From contig CM120645.1 of the NCBI GenBank assembly GCA_051362555.1, positions 17,360,001-17,424,000 of the forward strand: 64,000 nucleotides of DNA, given 5' to 3'. Shown one piece after another: positions 41,881-55,131 of this stretch (its first letter is position 1; every line of letters starts with the position of its first letter). A program made the position numbers and the translations under genes. The notes below the pieces were generated by a model that was not told where the DNA came from, searched no databases, and saw nothing but the letters and a program-made list of their open reading frames with translations. This DNA comes from Lingula anatina. Its lineage: Eukaryota; Animalia; Brachiopoda.

Positions 41881-42495
41881 CTGAAAAGATAAAACAACTA
41901 GACAGCAAAGTCAACAGATACCAAACAACAAAAGATACTAAAACAATACTGACTAAAATTATGCAAAATAATATATGCTAAGTTCTAAACAGATTCAATT
42001 TCATCATCAACAACATTCTTAAAATCTTATGAAAAAAATTTCCAGTTCAGCAACAGGCATGATTCGTCTAAAAGAAGTAAATTTTTTCACTTTTCACAAG
42101 CTCTTTTGGTTTTCTGACTGATCAACAATACACACTACTATGCCAGCTGCTTTCATAATTTTAATTTCTGTCCACTGAACACAACAGTTCATTTAACACT
42201 GATAATAATCTGTAGGAATAAACCATGAACAAACTTTCATTAAACTTGCATAATTGCTCAACATTAAAAATCAACAAATATGACTAAATTATTAAGTAAA
42301 TTAAAACAAATGATTTTGCGGTTATTTTCATTAGGGTGGACAACAGATGTGTTGGCTTTTGAATGCTGTTAATGCCCGATTGCCGTCCTATCATGGTTAA
42401 CTTTTCTTATGTGAACAGACTACATACCCCCTACTGCAGTCCAGACAAATATGGGTCTATAGCAGTTAACACTAAATCATGGTCAAGACTGTTAA

Positions 42496-42810
42496 AGGGA
42501 TAGTAACTTTTCGTTTTGGCCAAGAAATGAATTTTCCTGGAGGAAACAACAATTTTCCCATACTTACCAATGGTTAATGAATCTATTTTTACATTCAAAG
42601 TAAGTCCCTGTTTTTTTTCTGAAAAGCTTGGAGATTATAACAGAGTATAGCCATCAATGGAGGTCATGTGGTCTGAAGACGAGCTCAGATATCAGAATAA
42701 TAGCTATAACTGCAGTTTTTGTGGTAAAACAGAATATATTATATTTCTATGAGTTGTTCACAATGTTTTTATTGTGAAATATAGATTTCATATAAAGAGT
42801 TATTATCCCT
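42496..42810. mobile_element. TTAA-flanked MITE (copy 1)
   Basis: ttaa|agggata...tatccct|ttaa; highly similar to 32585-32921. Confidence 0.75.
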
Positions 42811-43949
42811 TTAATATTTTGCTGGTTAATTACAGTGTCATGTTTTCTTCTTTCTCTTGGAAATTATATCTATGTATGCATGGTAAGTTTTTTGTGTTGA
42901 TAAGAAAGAAAGAAATTATTTAACATGTTTTTGTAAAAGACAATGAATCTGGAATAACTTTCCATTCATTATGCAGATGCAGCACACTACTTTTATATTT
43001 GAATAAATCATAAATATCACTTAAAAAATAACAAATATATGATTGCACATGATTTTGGATTTTATTTCACCCCCCCCCCCCCCCCCCCACCCCTCAAAAA
43101 ATAATCTAGAACATCATCCAAAACATCAATATTAGTTGTACTGAATACAAACGGTAAAAGGAAAAGTGTTTATGTTAAGCCCTAAACTAAACACGAGATG
43201 GCTAGAACCTCATGCACAAAAGAAAACTGGGTGGTACACTAGGGAGGCCAGGTCAACTTTGAAGCAACATTAATATCAGCCAAACTGGTCAAAATGTCAA
43301 TAGTGCTCAATGTTTTTTTTTTTTTTCAACCTTAAGGCTTCAGAATCAGTGCCCAAAGGCTGCTTTACAATGAAAATGATTCTAAAAGATGCGCCATCAC
43401 TAAAAACAAAAATGGTTTCTAATATATCTGTTGCTACGGAAACTGTCACTATGAAAGTTGTTGCTATGGTAACAGTTTGAATTATTTTTTACACATTATC
43501 ATGAATTTTTAAACTGAATATGAGGTGGGAAACAATCTTGGTGTTCAATATATGAATTTAAGTTGAATAGTAAACAAATACAATGTTACTGTTGCCATTG
43601 TAACCAATATTATTACTGTACGATTTTAAGGTTTAACTAGTATAAAATGCCAGAATACACGATGAAAATAAGTAATATCTGATTTTGGTAAGTTATCATT
43701 TTGCCAAATAAATTTGAATTGATATTGGACATCACAACAGCTAAGTAATACAAAACCAGTGAGATTTTTTGGAGAGACTGCCATAACAAAATGGCAGTTT
43801 TAGGAATTTCCATTTCTTTTTTTTGTTAAGAAAAAAAAAATAGAGGATCACCGCCTCCTGATATTGTACCACCAGCTGGAGTCAGCATGGAAAACAAAAA
43901 AAAAAAGGGACAGCACCTACATTATTGTGCTTGATGCAACTAGGGACAA

Positions 43950-44270
43950 CACTGGGCATATCTCTGCCAGTTTTCGAAATATAAGGGATAGAAAATTTGC
44001 AAAGTTCAGTTCATGGTGAAAATTAGGTCAAAGGTCAATTTACCGAACATAGTTAGATTGCCAGTATATGACTTCCTATTCAAGTTCAATAGTAACTATG
44101 GACGTGTCTTTGCCAATTTTGGAGATATAAAGATCAGAAAACTTGCAAAGTGCAGTTCATTATGAAAAGTAGGCCAAAGGTCAATTTCAAGGTCACAGTT
44201 AGATTACCAGTATATGACTTCCTATTCAAGTTCAATAGTAACTATGGGCATATCTCTGCTAATTTTGGAG
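43950..44270. repeat. Diverged ~145-bp tandem repeat, probably the core of another Helentron-like element
   Basis: ccagtatatgacttcctattcaagttcaatagtaactatgg occurs twice. Confidence 0.65.
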
Positions 44271-46032
44271 TAATTCACATTTTATTTATACCACTGAATA
44301 TTGCGACATTGCACTTTTTTTATCTTTTGTTTTTTTTTTTAAACCGTATCGAAACCAAAAAAGTGGACACCACCTCCAGTATTGTGCTTGACAAGTTCTA
44401 CAAAATGCAAAAATTATAAGGTTTCTAGCATTTACAATTACAGAATTAGAGAGAGTTTTCAGTTTCGGTACGTCTAATGGCTGCTTCTCCCATGAAAAAG
44501 CACCGATTGACCCCAAACTCCCAAAGATGAAAGGAGTCCATGACTGTTACCCCTCGCCATAATATGAAGGCTTAGGTCTGTGTAGTTTCTGAAAATTGGT
44601 AAAAATATTTTTTTTTGTAGAAAATTCCCATTTTTAGGAAATTTTGGCCTGTTTGACCTTGAAATAAAGGTTGAAAGTCAAATCTAAGGGCATATTTGGA
44701 ATCTCAACATATGACTTTCGGTCAGACTTCTGCAGTAATTTTTCCTATTATTCCTTCAGTTTGGGAGATATTTAGCATTGAATTTTCAAAAATTTTGACA
44801 AGGGTGCATTTCAACAAATGTCACACCCAGGCTAATGCACGGATTGAGAGAAAAATACCAGGGGGTTCAAGTTGATATTATATGTGACCTAATTCCAAGA
44901 GAAGGGGACACAGGTCCTTGTGGTCTAGGAGAAGCAGTAACGGCGACTTGTATCCCACAACACCCTGTGAAGCCAAGGGCGCTGGCAAGGTCAACGGAGC
45001 CGGCCGAGTCGTATGAGACGGGTCGGGACTTAAACTATGAGTACCATGGTCTGCTTGACAGCAATCAAGAGAGTTAATTGCTCTGACCTTAATTACTTGC
45101 TCTTCTGTGACAGATAAAAATAGCCCCCTATAAATAGCTTGTTGCTACAGAGTGAGGTTAACTGAGGAACCCCCTGTAGTAGTTGTAGAGGTAATACTGG
45201 TGCAGTAAATAATTTTATAATAAGTACTTTTAAAGTAAACAAATGGAAGAGTCAATGCATCACTGATAATGATATTATGAAATCAAACTGATGTTGTACC
45301 ATGACCGTACGTAGAACGTCGAAGCTGCTCTTTGTAGTCCTACTACCCGCGAACACCTATCTTTAGCATATCATAACTGCAGTAGACGTTTTACCAGGAG
45401 TCCGAAAGAAGTACTCTGAAGTGCCGAAAAATAGTGCTGGCACGATTATTTTTTTCCGGAAATTTTCCACCTGACACTATATTATTACCCGGCACGGGTC
45501 TATTAAATGGAGAAATGATACATTGTTACACATGTTGTTAGAAAGCCCATTCAATGTACTTTTTAAATATATTTTCATATTTATCACTGGGCCCAAATCT
45601 TGGAAGTTATGATGGAAAACAAACAGCGAGACGTTTTTTCCTGTTTTGGACCATGTGAGTGGTATGACCTGACATCCCTAGGTACACAGTTAACTGTTCA
45701 TGTTTCATTTAAAGTTGCCTTACATATATTAAACTATTATGATTAACATTAGAATATAAAAGAGTAATATTGAAAAATAAATGAAAATGCCTCTGAAGAT
45801 AATCTGAAAGTTAATACATTGGCTGAATATATAAGGAAGAAGGGGGGGCGTAACCATAAAAAAAAACCCAAAAAAATCTGACATGCTAGTGAAAAACTTA
45901 CTAGTACTAGTAAGTCATTGTTTGAATACATAGCATAAATTTTGCTGACCATGTAAAAGATTCAAATCAAAGGTTGGTCCTTTAAATTTTCACTTTCAGC
46001 CTTTCCCAGATCGTACAAAACCTTGTCTATAA

Positions 46033-46277
46033 GGCTTCGTTCACATGCAATGTCTATTTTCTATTTTCTATTTTCGGTATGTCTTATGATCACGGTCTGT
46101 GCACTGAATATCCCGCCGCGTAATTACTGGCAGCGCGAGCCAGTTACTTATAGTAACTTATAGTAACTGGCTCGCGCTGCCAGTAATTACGCGGCGGGAT
46201 ATTCAGTGCACAGACCGTGATCATAAGACATACCGAAAATAGAAAATAGAAAATAGACATTGCATGTGAACGAAGCC
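46033..46277. mobile_element. Perfectly palindromic PIF/Harbinger-like MITE
   Basis: 116-bp perfect arms beginning GGCTTCGTTCACATG; TAA on both flanks. Confidence 0.85.
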
Positions 46278-46722
46278 TAAGTGGTGGTACTGATATATTT
46301 GGGCATATATGTCCCAACAGAGGTCAATCAGTTCCCAGTGAAGGAGTTACTGAGTGGCATGCAATGTAAAGATGGAAAAAGATTTTCTGATACGCTTGGG
46401 ACGCTTTTTATGCAAGTTTTAGTAAACAACCTGGGTCAGGGTCACCTATTATCGTCTATATAGTGCTCCATAATAGTAAATAGACGTACATATACCTACG
46501 ATCAACAACTTTGTCCGTGTCGTGTCCTTAGTGCGGTGAATACCAATTAGTTTACCCTGTAAGCTTTAATTGAAGACATGGATTGATTTAATTCTAAAAT
46601 TTCTTCTCTGAGTTTAAAGAGAAGACTTTTGGTATTCTTAAAAAAATATGAGGTTACTAAGTACACCAAACTAGGATAGGTCAGGCATAAACAGCGTGGT
46701 AGAAATGAATTTTATAACTTAC

Positions 46723-46820
46723 TTGTAAGTAAGCCCCTCCCCGTTCGCAAAAAGCTGAGCCCCAGTAAGCCCATCGTCGGGGACATATCCTGTCCCTCCG
46801 GTAATCAAATAATCAGCCAT
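46723..46820 (-). CDS. IMPDH: IMPDH coding exon 1 ([33 protein letters not shown])
   Basis: Manual translation matches the animal IMPDH N-terminus; 98 nt; GTAAGT donor. Confidence 0.97.
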
Positions 46821-46893
46821 ACTGAAAAGAAAAAAATGTTCAAATAAAATATCACAAAGAACACCTGTCTGCGATCACGCTTTTGTTGTTTTC

Positions 46894-46905
46894 CAACATG
46901 GCGGC
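46894..46905 (+). promoter_or_regulatory. YY1-like motif CAACATGGCGGC near IMPDH exon 1 (proximal promoter candidate)
   Basis: Close match to the AANATGGCGG motif ~75 nt upstream of the ATG; an AP-1-like TGACTCA lies at 46933-46939. Confidence 0.4.
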
Positions 46906-47365
46906 CAGCCTCATGGTGAAATGAGGTCAGTATGACTCACCTGCAGGGGATTCCCCGCCTAATATAGATCTACTATCAAATTCCATTTACGACCTTTTTC
47001 TCGGTGGTTTAAAGTACGGAAGGATTACTTTGATTTGTCTCAAGTTATCCAGACCATTCAAACTGAGTAAAAACGGCTTCCAATATGATAGAGAAAGAGA
47101 GAGAGACGACACACTTTCTTCGTTGAAAAACCATAATTATTTCGTGTTAGGTGTCAACACGCACGCCTCGCTTTCCAGTATAACGTAACTTCTTAGCGTA
47201 CCGAACGCAACCTCTTCTGACAGGCTCTACTAAAGGAATGTAGGATCTAAATTTGAGTGACGGTTCTACTTTATCCATTAGCATGAATTAAGACAAATGC
47301 AGAGAAGGCATACATGTATAAGATAGTATAAGATAGCAGAAAACTAAATTATCACATTTGCCTAC

Positions 47366-47649
47366 CTTGCAGCAGAAATTCCCAGTTTTTGCATGCTTGT
47401 CACCCTCCGTGTCTCTGCTGTCGTGAAGCCTGAGCTATGAGTCGTAACCGGAAGGGGCTGTTGTGCACTGTAGGCATAGCAACTGAAGTGCTTGAGTGTG
47501 TCTTCTACCTGACCACTGGAGGGACAGGTAGCGCCGAAGTTACCTTGAGCAGGTGTTTCTGACGGAGAAGGAGAGACGGCATGTTCAAACATATGCCCCT
47601 TAGGATTAGGTATCTGGTCGGATTCTGAATCTCCAGATCTTTCTGACAT
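47366..47649 (-). CDS. IMPDH: Putative alternative upstream coding exon of IMPDH (95-aa N-terminal extension)
   Basis: ATG at 47649, open for 284 nt to donor AG|GTAGGC. Joined to the acceptor ttttcttttcag|T at 46821 it reads ...ISAA-S-MADYL in frame. Confidence 0.6.
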
Positions 47650-48366
47650 GGTATGACCAGTGGATGTCTTGTGTGTTATAGGCCTACAGCTGATGGATCG
47701 GATTCTTCACTCGTATTCAGATCCTCTCAGTATCAGAAAACAGAAAAGAACAGAAAAACTATCCAGTGCACAACCTATGAAATGTGACAGGAATGGTAGT
47801 TCTAGGAATGGTGTACAAGTGCATGTATATGGTTTGAATGTCTGCACAAAGTAACGGGGTGCGGTCAACGGTTCCTAGCGGACTACCACTCCTCTCACGC
47901 CGGCATTGGTACATGTAGGCCCTACAACACTGTTTATTCAAATACTCGCTATAGCGGTTAGACAGGGTCGTTAACAATAAGACTTTTTTTTTAAATGCTT
48001 TATTTAATTTAGAGAAAACCCATATTTACCAGATTTCTCGTCACCCATTTGGGAGGGAGGAAAAAATAACACCGTTATTAAAAAAACTATTTTGATTGGG
48101 TTGTTTTCATTAGATGTTTGAGTATTAATTGAGTAAGTTTACTGCTCGGACAAACTCACCATTCCCCCGTACTTATTCTTTTAAACCCAAAAATCTATTT
48201 GGGCAATCTGACATTAATTGACTTTTGATGTGCTTGGTGCATTTTCTTATATCAGTCATCATGTAGTCTATCTACACGGTGCGACCCCAAACAAAGGTTA
48301 AGAGCACACTGTTGAATATGGAAGTCTATATGCGTGTTATAACTGATACTAAAAATATAACGATAG

Positions 48367-48604
48367 CAGGGCTGTAGCCTCCGGGGGGGCAGGGGGGGCA
48401 GCTGCCCCCCCTGGGATTTGAGGTGCAAAAAAAATAATCCCAAAGGTGGAAAAAAAAATTGCAAAGTTGATATCAATTCTGTGAGAAAATGCACTCATGG
48501 CCACTAGACAATCATCCACCTCCCACACCCTCCCCCACCGGGGGCTTCGCCCCCTCGTGTCCGCTTACTGCCCCCCCTGGCATTTTGCTCAGGCTACGGC
48601 CCTG
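48367..48604. mobile_element. MITE with CAGGGC.GTAGCC TIRs and 5-bp TSD
   Basis: gatag|cagggctgtagcc ... ggctacggccctg|gatag. Confidence 0.8.
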
Positions 48605-49490
48605 GATAGAAGCATAATAACGCTATGCTGGCATGTATTTTGAAAGCTGACATTAGTGATTCAATATGAAAGCTAAGATCTATGGGATTATTTGATACTA
48701 TACATACTCAATGCTTTGTTTTGCCATGAAAATTACTGTTAAAATCCCACCTTTAGGCCAAACAAGTCAGTTGTTGCGTGTCATGTTAAGAACCCTGTCT
48801 GCGGTACGAGTATATTTCCCCTCGTCTGGCACAGATAAAAATAACGTTTTGGCAAGTAATTTGCTAAACAAACATGTGTCCATATGACACATCTGCAGTA
48901 AACTTATATGGCCCAGTAAATCCGATTTGCAGGACCGATTCAACAAGAGTACAGCAAACAATTTGAATTTGTGACAGAGCTTTTGCTACACATATTTCCG
49001 AGAACTACATGTACTGTCACCAAGTGGAAGGATAATAGTAGATATATACTGCTTTCACTGTGCCTCGTCAGTCTCACCTGTACACTACTACATCAGTGTG
49101 TGATACACATGCATTCTTACTCTCCGCAGGTCACTGTCGGTCTGCTTCTAAAGACAGAGCAATCGACATTCTTTGGCCAGGCAGTCTTATTACAAAACTG
49201 AATACGTCAACAGACACAGGTCAAAGAATGCCTGTCGTGCATCCTTTAACTAGATAACCATAACACGCATGCGCCGACTAGCTGCATCCTTTCCAGCTAT
49301 AATTTATCGCAGACACATAATAGGCTATAAGATGACTGTCTCTCGTAGCTGAATACCACACGGAGCCATGGAGACAGGAAATCGAAATAAGAAAATCACA
49401 GTGCCTGTTCACTATCTATCACTGTTCTGTTGTTGCAGTAATTTAGAAACTACACCTGATTTTATTTTTTCAGGTAAGCCTTATATTTGC

Positions 49491-49522
<32 letters not shown>

Positions 49523-49843
49523 AGGTAAAAAGGTGGGACCGTTTTTACCAGTATTTTGGCCAGCGTAAGAATGATTACGGTAATGATTGAGAAAATGAGT
49601 CATGACTGTAAATTAAAGGGAAAACAACTCTCCATCGTAAACAATTCATAGAAATGTAATCTATTTTATTTTATCATCAAAGCGGCGATTATCGCAATTA
49701 TTCAGAAATCTGCACTTGTCATCGGACCACGTCACCTATTAGATGGCTACCCTCTCGAGTCTGTAATAATGTCTTGAGTTATTTTTCAAAAAACTAAATA
49801 AACTTAAAAAATAGGTACTTATTTTGATTGTCGGAACGGATTT

Positions 49844-50231
49844 ATCACCTCCGCCAAGGAGGTTATGTTTTCACCCCTGTTTGTTTGTCCGTCTGTCATC
49901 AATATAACTCAAAAAGTTATGGACCGATTTTGATGAAATTTTCAGGAACTGTCAGAAGTGGGCCAAGGAAGAGATGATTAGTTTTTGGTGGTGATCCGGA
50001 ATACAAAATCAATAATCAATAATAAAAAAAATTAAGTTATGGACCGATTTTGATGAAATTTTTTCATGAACTGTCAGAAGTGGGCCAAGGAACAGATGAT
50101 AAGTTTTTGGTGGTGATCCGGATCAAAAATCAATCAATAATAAAAAATATCGAAAATTTAGGGGTGAAACGACATTGGATGGAGACCTTGCTGCCTTGGC
50201 GGAGGTCTGCGCTCTCTGAGTGCTTTTCTAG
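49844..50231 (+). mobile_element. Helentron/DINE-like element (acctccgccaagg family)
   Basis: Subterminal inverted repeat acctccgccaagg / ccttggcggaggt, (TGTC)-like microsatellite, 2 internal repeats and a ctagt end. Confidence 0.75.
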
Positions 50232-52093
50232 TTAACTAGTGGAACGTATGGGAAAATTGTCAAGTCGATATTTGAAGTTCGCAAAGATGACTTGCAAAAA
50301 CGCTCGCAATGAAAAAGAAAGAAGAAAGCGTACAAAATACCAAGGCCTGTCGGTTATTACCACCACTGAATTACAAGTTTTATGCCCTGGAGTGCCTTAC
50401 ACCTTTAGCGTACTAAAAGCTGCAGGCAAATTACAGCAAATGAGTTTAGTTTAATTAACAGTAAATAGCCAGTAGCAAGACCCAAGACGACTAAAATAAA
50501 CCAATAATGGAAATGAATCCATCTGATTGATGATTAATCCCTGCATGTTACATGTCAAGGGTTGCAATGCAGGGGGTAACAGCACGCGATTGTCATATTC
50601 TTAATGCAATTTTGTCCTAACATACTGTATATGCTGTCACTTAAGTGGGATATGGGGTAGAGCGGTAAGAAAAGATATACATATGAATCCTCGTGATAGG
50701 AATCTTCATCTGAACGAACTTTTCAGAGCTGACTTAACTTGATTTTTATCTTTTGATAAAAGAATTTAATCGTCAAATCGATTTCCCCTGAACAAATAAT
50801 AATTGCCTACTACTCAAGAATCATTGGTCGATCTGTCCCTATATAGTTGTATTTGATGTTGTATATAATTTCAATTGAAATGATTTATTCTAAATGATCT
50901 GCACTCAGCATCAACGTGAGCGATAAAAAATGTTTGATTCCCTGTCACGATTCTTTGGTCTATCAGGCACTGATGATGATAGCAAAATAATACAAATTCT
51001 CAATCCACAGTGTCGTGCAAGTGCATCAGCATTGGCCAAGTATATACAGTCAGTTATGCCTAAGTAGCAAATGCATATTGTACAAAATACTATATCCAGT
51101 ATTATTATATTGTGTCTTACTATTGTGAACTATATGTATGAAGTAGTTAGCTAATTATATGTATTTTGGTAATTGAATGATCTAAAGTAGTTATACTTAT
51201 TTAAGCTTATGTGCACAATTTATGTAAAACTGTAGTTTAGAGAGCTTGTAAAATGTAACTGTACACATTTTAATGCTCAATAAATTATTATTATTATTAT
51301 TATTATAAATGACGGTACATTTCCAATTGCGTCAGGTACTTTTACACGAGGGGGTTTATCATTTTAAGGTCTGGATGGGAAATGTAATTAGATTTCAGGA
51401 CATGTTAAATATGATTTGGGAAAACTTTGAAACGCGCACAGTATACTCTTTACCCCCCCCCCCCCCCAAAAAAAAAAAAAAAAAAAAAAAAAAACAATAA
51501 TAATAAAAAATAAATAAATAAAAATAAAAAAATTGGGGCGTCAGTAGTATTCGGCTGTAAAAGGCCATTTAATACTAATTTAAGTTAAAGTTTCTATATC
51601 CCAAGCCTACATTCATCTGTAACTCTGCAGAGAATGATACCTATAACAAGAAGTGAGTGGGAATTCACACGGTAAAGACATTAATCGTATTCTTATACCA
51701 GTATAGGGGTTCACATAAATGACTTACATGGTACCCCCGGTTCTTTTCACTCTTTGGAAAAAAGTAACGAATAGGCCGTCTTAGTATTTGGCAAAAAGAA
51801 GACGCAACAAACATTTCCCTCGTGTAATCCTTTATTGATTGTTGTAACACTGTGTAAGCCAAAGAATTGTGCACGTATGAATTTTTCCTTTGAAATGGTA
51901 GTTTTATTAAAATAGAATTCTTTTTATCAAAATAGAATTCTTGAGTTGTCCCATTGTCTTTACCTTATGGTAACAAAAAGGAAAAAAACACAAATTTAGA
52001 AATAAATTTTTCGTCAAAGCACCAAAAAATGAACCGAGAAAAGATATCGCCTATTGATATCAAGCATGTTACGAACATTCCTGCACCGGTAGG

Positions 52094-52739
52094 TTAGGCC
52101 TGTCCGTTATTTATTTGTTTGACAAGATCATCAAGTGTATTGTGTTCAGGCGACGCCGGGGACATCTTCTTGATACGCTCAAGTACAACGTCTCTTGACT
52201 GAATCTTCGCCGGTAGTCGATCAAGCTCGTTTTTGCTCCTTTCCGCGGGACCAGCACGCGTGTCGCCAATCACCTCTTTCGCTGGCTGCATATTTGCTGA
52301 CATGACGTGTTTGTCATCCCTTTCAACTTCAACCCTCCCTTCCTCCATCTCCTGAAACTGGCCGCAGCCGGTCTTTCCAACCCAGCCCTCTACCGTAGCT
52401 CTCCTTAAGCTACAACGGTCCACTAGTTTGGCGATGACTTCACATATCGCTAACTGGATGCTGTACCAGTTACTTGGGGCTTGGGCCGCAGCATACGCAC
52501 AAAGGGCTGTAAACCGGTTTGCCTCTGCCAGCCCACCCTGCGCCATCAGACAATCGGATAAGAGATTCCTAATAACGTCGGAACAAATGGACCATGGATT
52601 ATTCTGCTGAAAGACGGGCTGATTTGAGAACGACCCCAAAGATCGTCCAGTGCCAGCGGTCCTTTTATCCACCGACGCTGTTGGACCAACGCCGTCGCCG
52701 AAACTCCATAGGCTACGCCGGGAAGCTTGGGTTGCACAA
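52094..52739 (-). CDS. VWD-protein terminal exon: degenerate C8-like cysteine domain plus charged tail
   Basis: ttgcag acceptor in phase 2, open to TAA at 52094; CEVIAKLVDRC...W..KTGC resembles a C8 domain. Confidence 0.8.
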
Positions 52740-53594
52740 CTGCAATGGAATGTGTCTCAAGGTTAAAAGACTGAATGTGTTATAACATATATATTAGTTT
52801 TACCTCTAATGAATAAACCACCTTGCAATGTAGACAATTTAACTCAGAGTAAGACTGCAAGGTAAACATGCTGAACATCACAAAAATATATCAGGTTATA
52901 CGGCATAATTCGTCATAGCAAAACCTTTTATTGTTATCATTAAACTTAAAATTGCAGTATTGTAAAACAAGGAAAAAGCTAGATAAAAATGTAACGAAAG
53001 TAGCTTTTTATTTATATCGAGTTATATCATGTCGGATGGCTACAGCATGTTTAAGTTATAATGAGAATATACTTCCATATAACTTTTTTCAAGTAACTAG
53101 CTCGTATATTACCTGGTATCGCACTCACTCAAACTAAATCTATATGCAATAGACCTACGATTGAGTCCTGACTTCATTAAAAGAAATGATACTTCAAATT
53201 GGTTTCCATATGCATATGACGCAGTAGCAAAGTTGAGAGAAGACAACACCAAGAATATTTTTCATATAAAAATAATTATTTAATGAGGCGGAGGATCACG
53301 CATGACCTGTCTCAGACCCAAAAATTAAGAGCAAATAGAAGTTTCCGTTATTTAAGATATTGTTTTTTAAGAAAAAAATCTAAACGGCAACCATCACAGA
53401 AGTCGGAGAGCTTGTAAGATGGCCCAAGCTCCTCGGCAGTGTGGCGGGTTTTTAATTTAGCGTCTTCATGTTAAGAAACAGGAAATTCAGTTTGGCACCC
53501 CTAACATTTGAATATTCTTACGCATAGTCACCATGCAACAATATTCACACTGAAACTAAATGCCATAAATCTATCCTTTTCTCATAATACTCAC

Positions 53595-53920
53595 CTTGCT
53601 TTTTCACCCTCGACATGTACCTGCCAGGATTCTCCAAACGCTTTATGTGCCGGCCAGGGGTCGCTCTCGTCCACGTGAAGCAGTTCCCCGCTTTGAAGCC
53701 TCAGTTCATCATTCGGGTCCCTGTTGAAATCACCACACAGACCACAAAGCATCCTCTGATATTCACTAGGAACATCAACGCTGATTCGATGTTTCCCTGT
53801 GTTGTAGGCTCTGACTATAAGACCAAAGGCCGTAACGAGAGCTATGCGACCGTTTTGTTCAAGAAGTGTGAAGTGTCCTCGTCTATGGGGCACCGTCAAG
53901 TATACTCGAACACCGTCGAC
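53595..53920 (-). CDS. VWD-protein exon: VWD2 C-half (VDG...LCGLCGDFNRDPNDEL...FGESWQV)
   Basis: CGLCG and FG.SW motifs; 326 nt, phase 0-2. Confidence 0.93.
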
Positions 53921-54583
53921 CTGAAAGATACAAAGTACCAGATCACTTCTGAATAGATACACAAACCACTCAGCATTTCCTAATGCCTTCCATTAAGTTT
54001 ATTTTACACTTAAAAGGTAAAGGGAATTTGCCCTGAACCATTATTTACTGTGCTTGGGCCTGAGTCGTTTGAAAAAAAAAGTGAGTGGGGACGGGGAGGG
54101 GGGAGGCGACTTAGTTCCCCTATCCCCGGGCTACTAAGCGATTACTATAGATTTTGATGCTGCTCTTCTTCTCTCTTTTTCTCTAAAATAAATAAAAATA
54201 CAGTTTTTGATTTTTTGTACCCTCAATGATGAGTGTAATACACTTATATTGTTTAAATTCACTTAGATTTGGACATGAGTCTCGAATGCCAATCTGGAGA
54301 AATTAGATACACACACACACACTGTAAACACACACGCGTGGGCGCACGCGCATACACACACAGAGAGAGAGAGAGAGAGAGGGAGAGAATGGCAGATCCA
54401 AACATGGAATGGAATATTTTTGTCCCTTGCCCCTGGGTTCCAATGGCCAGTGTGGATGTTTTTATGCGTGTGTGTGCACATGTGTGTTGGTGCGCGCACG
54501 CGAGCGTGTGATAATAAGTGGTAATATTCAATTTAGGAAAATGATTCAAAGCCACCAAATCCTCTGACTAAATATGAACTTAC

Positions 54584-54855
54584 ATCAGCATAGTCTACTC
54601 CTTGTAACGTATACATATCAACTGTAGTCTCTACACCGTTGATATTAAACGTCGTAGACACCTTTTTAGTGAACGTGACGTCATTGTTTGTAGTAGGATG
54701 GGCATTGGTCACCAGGACCTCAAATTGTGGGAGGTCATCCTGACTATAGTAACAGGTTCCCGTTAATAAATAAGTGCAGTCTCCATGAAATTTCAATGTG
54801 TATCCGTCGTAGGTTTGATATATTGGATCCCCACGTGCTGTGCAGCGACCCCAAT
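54584..54855 (-). CDS. VWD-protein exon: VWD2 N-half (WGRCTARGDPIYQTYDGYTLKFHGDCTYLL...)
   Basis: VWD motif; 272 nt, phase 1-0. Confidence 0.93.
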
Positions 54856-54907
54856 CTGAAAAAAAAGAACGTGTTAGAAATACAGGGTTACTACTTAATA
54901 TTATGTA

Positions 54908-55131
54908 CGAGAGCGCAGACCTCCGCCAAGGCGGCGATTTTTGATTATTATTGGTTATTGATTGATTATTGATCCGGATCACCACCAAAAACTATTCATC
55001 TGTTCATTGGCCCACTTCTGACAGTTCTCAAAAGTTGCATCAAAATCGGTCCATAACTTTTTGAGTTATGTTGATGACAGACAGACAGACAGACAAACAA
55101 ACAAACAGGGGTGAAAACATAACCTCCTTGG
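54908..55131 (-). mobile_element. Inverted copy of the 49844-50231 element
   Basis: Reverse-complement match including gagcgcagacctccgccaagg and (GACA)n. Confidence 0.75.

Noticed and set aside
49368-49480. CCCSN...FIF followed by a gtaag donor, THAP-like
   Set aside because: Too short and degenerate; no downstream exon was found.
53615-53956. Plus-strand 113-aa ORF and similar antisense ORFs (32264, 33421, 52428)
   Set aside because: Shadow ORFs opposite real minus-strand exons.
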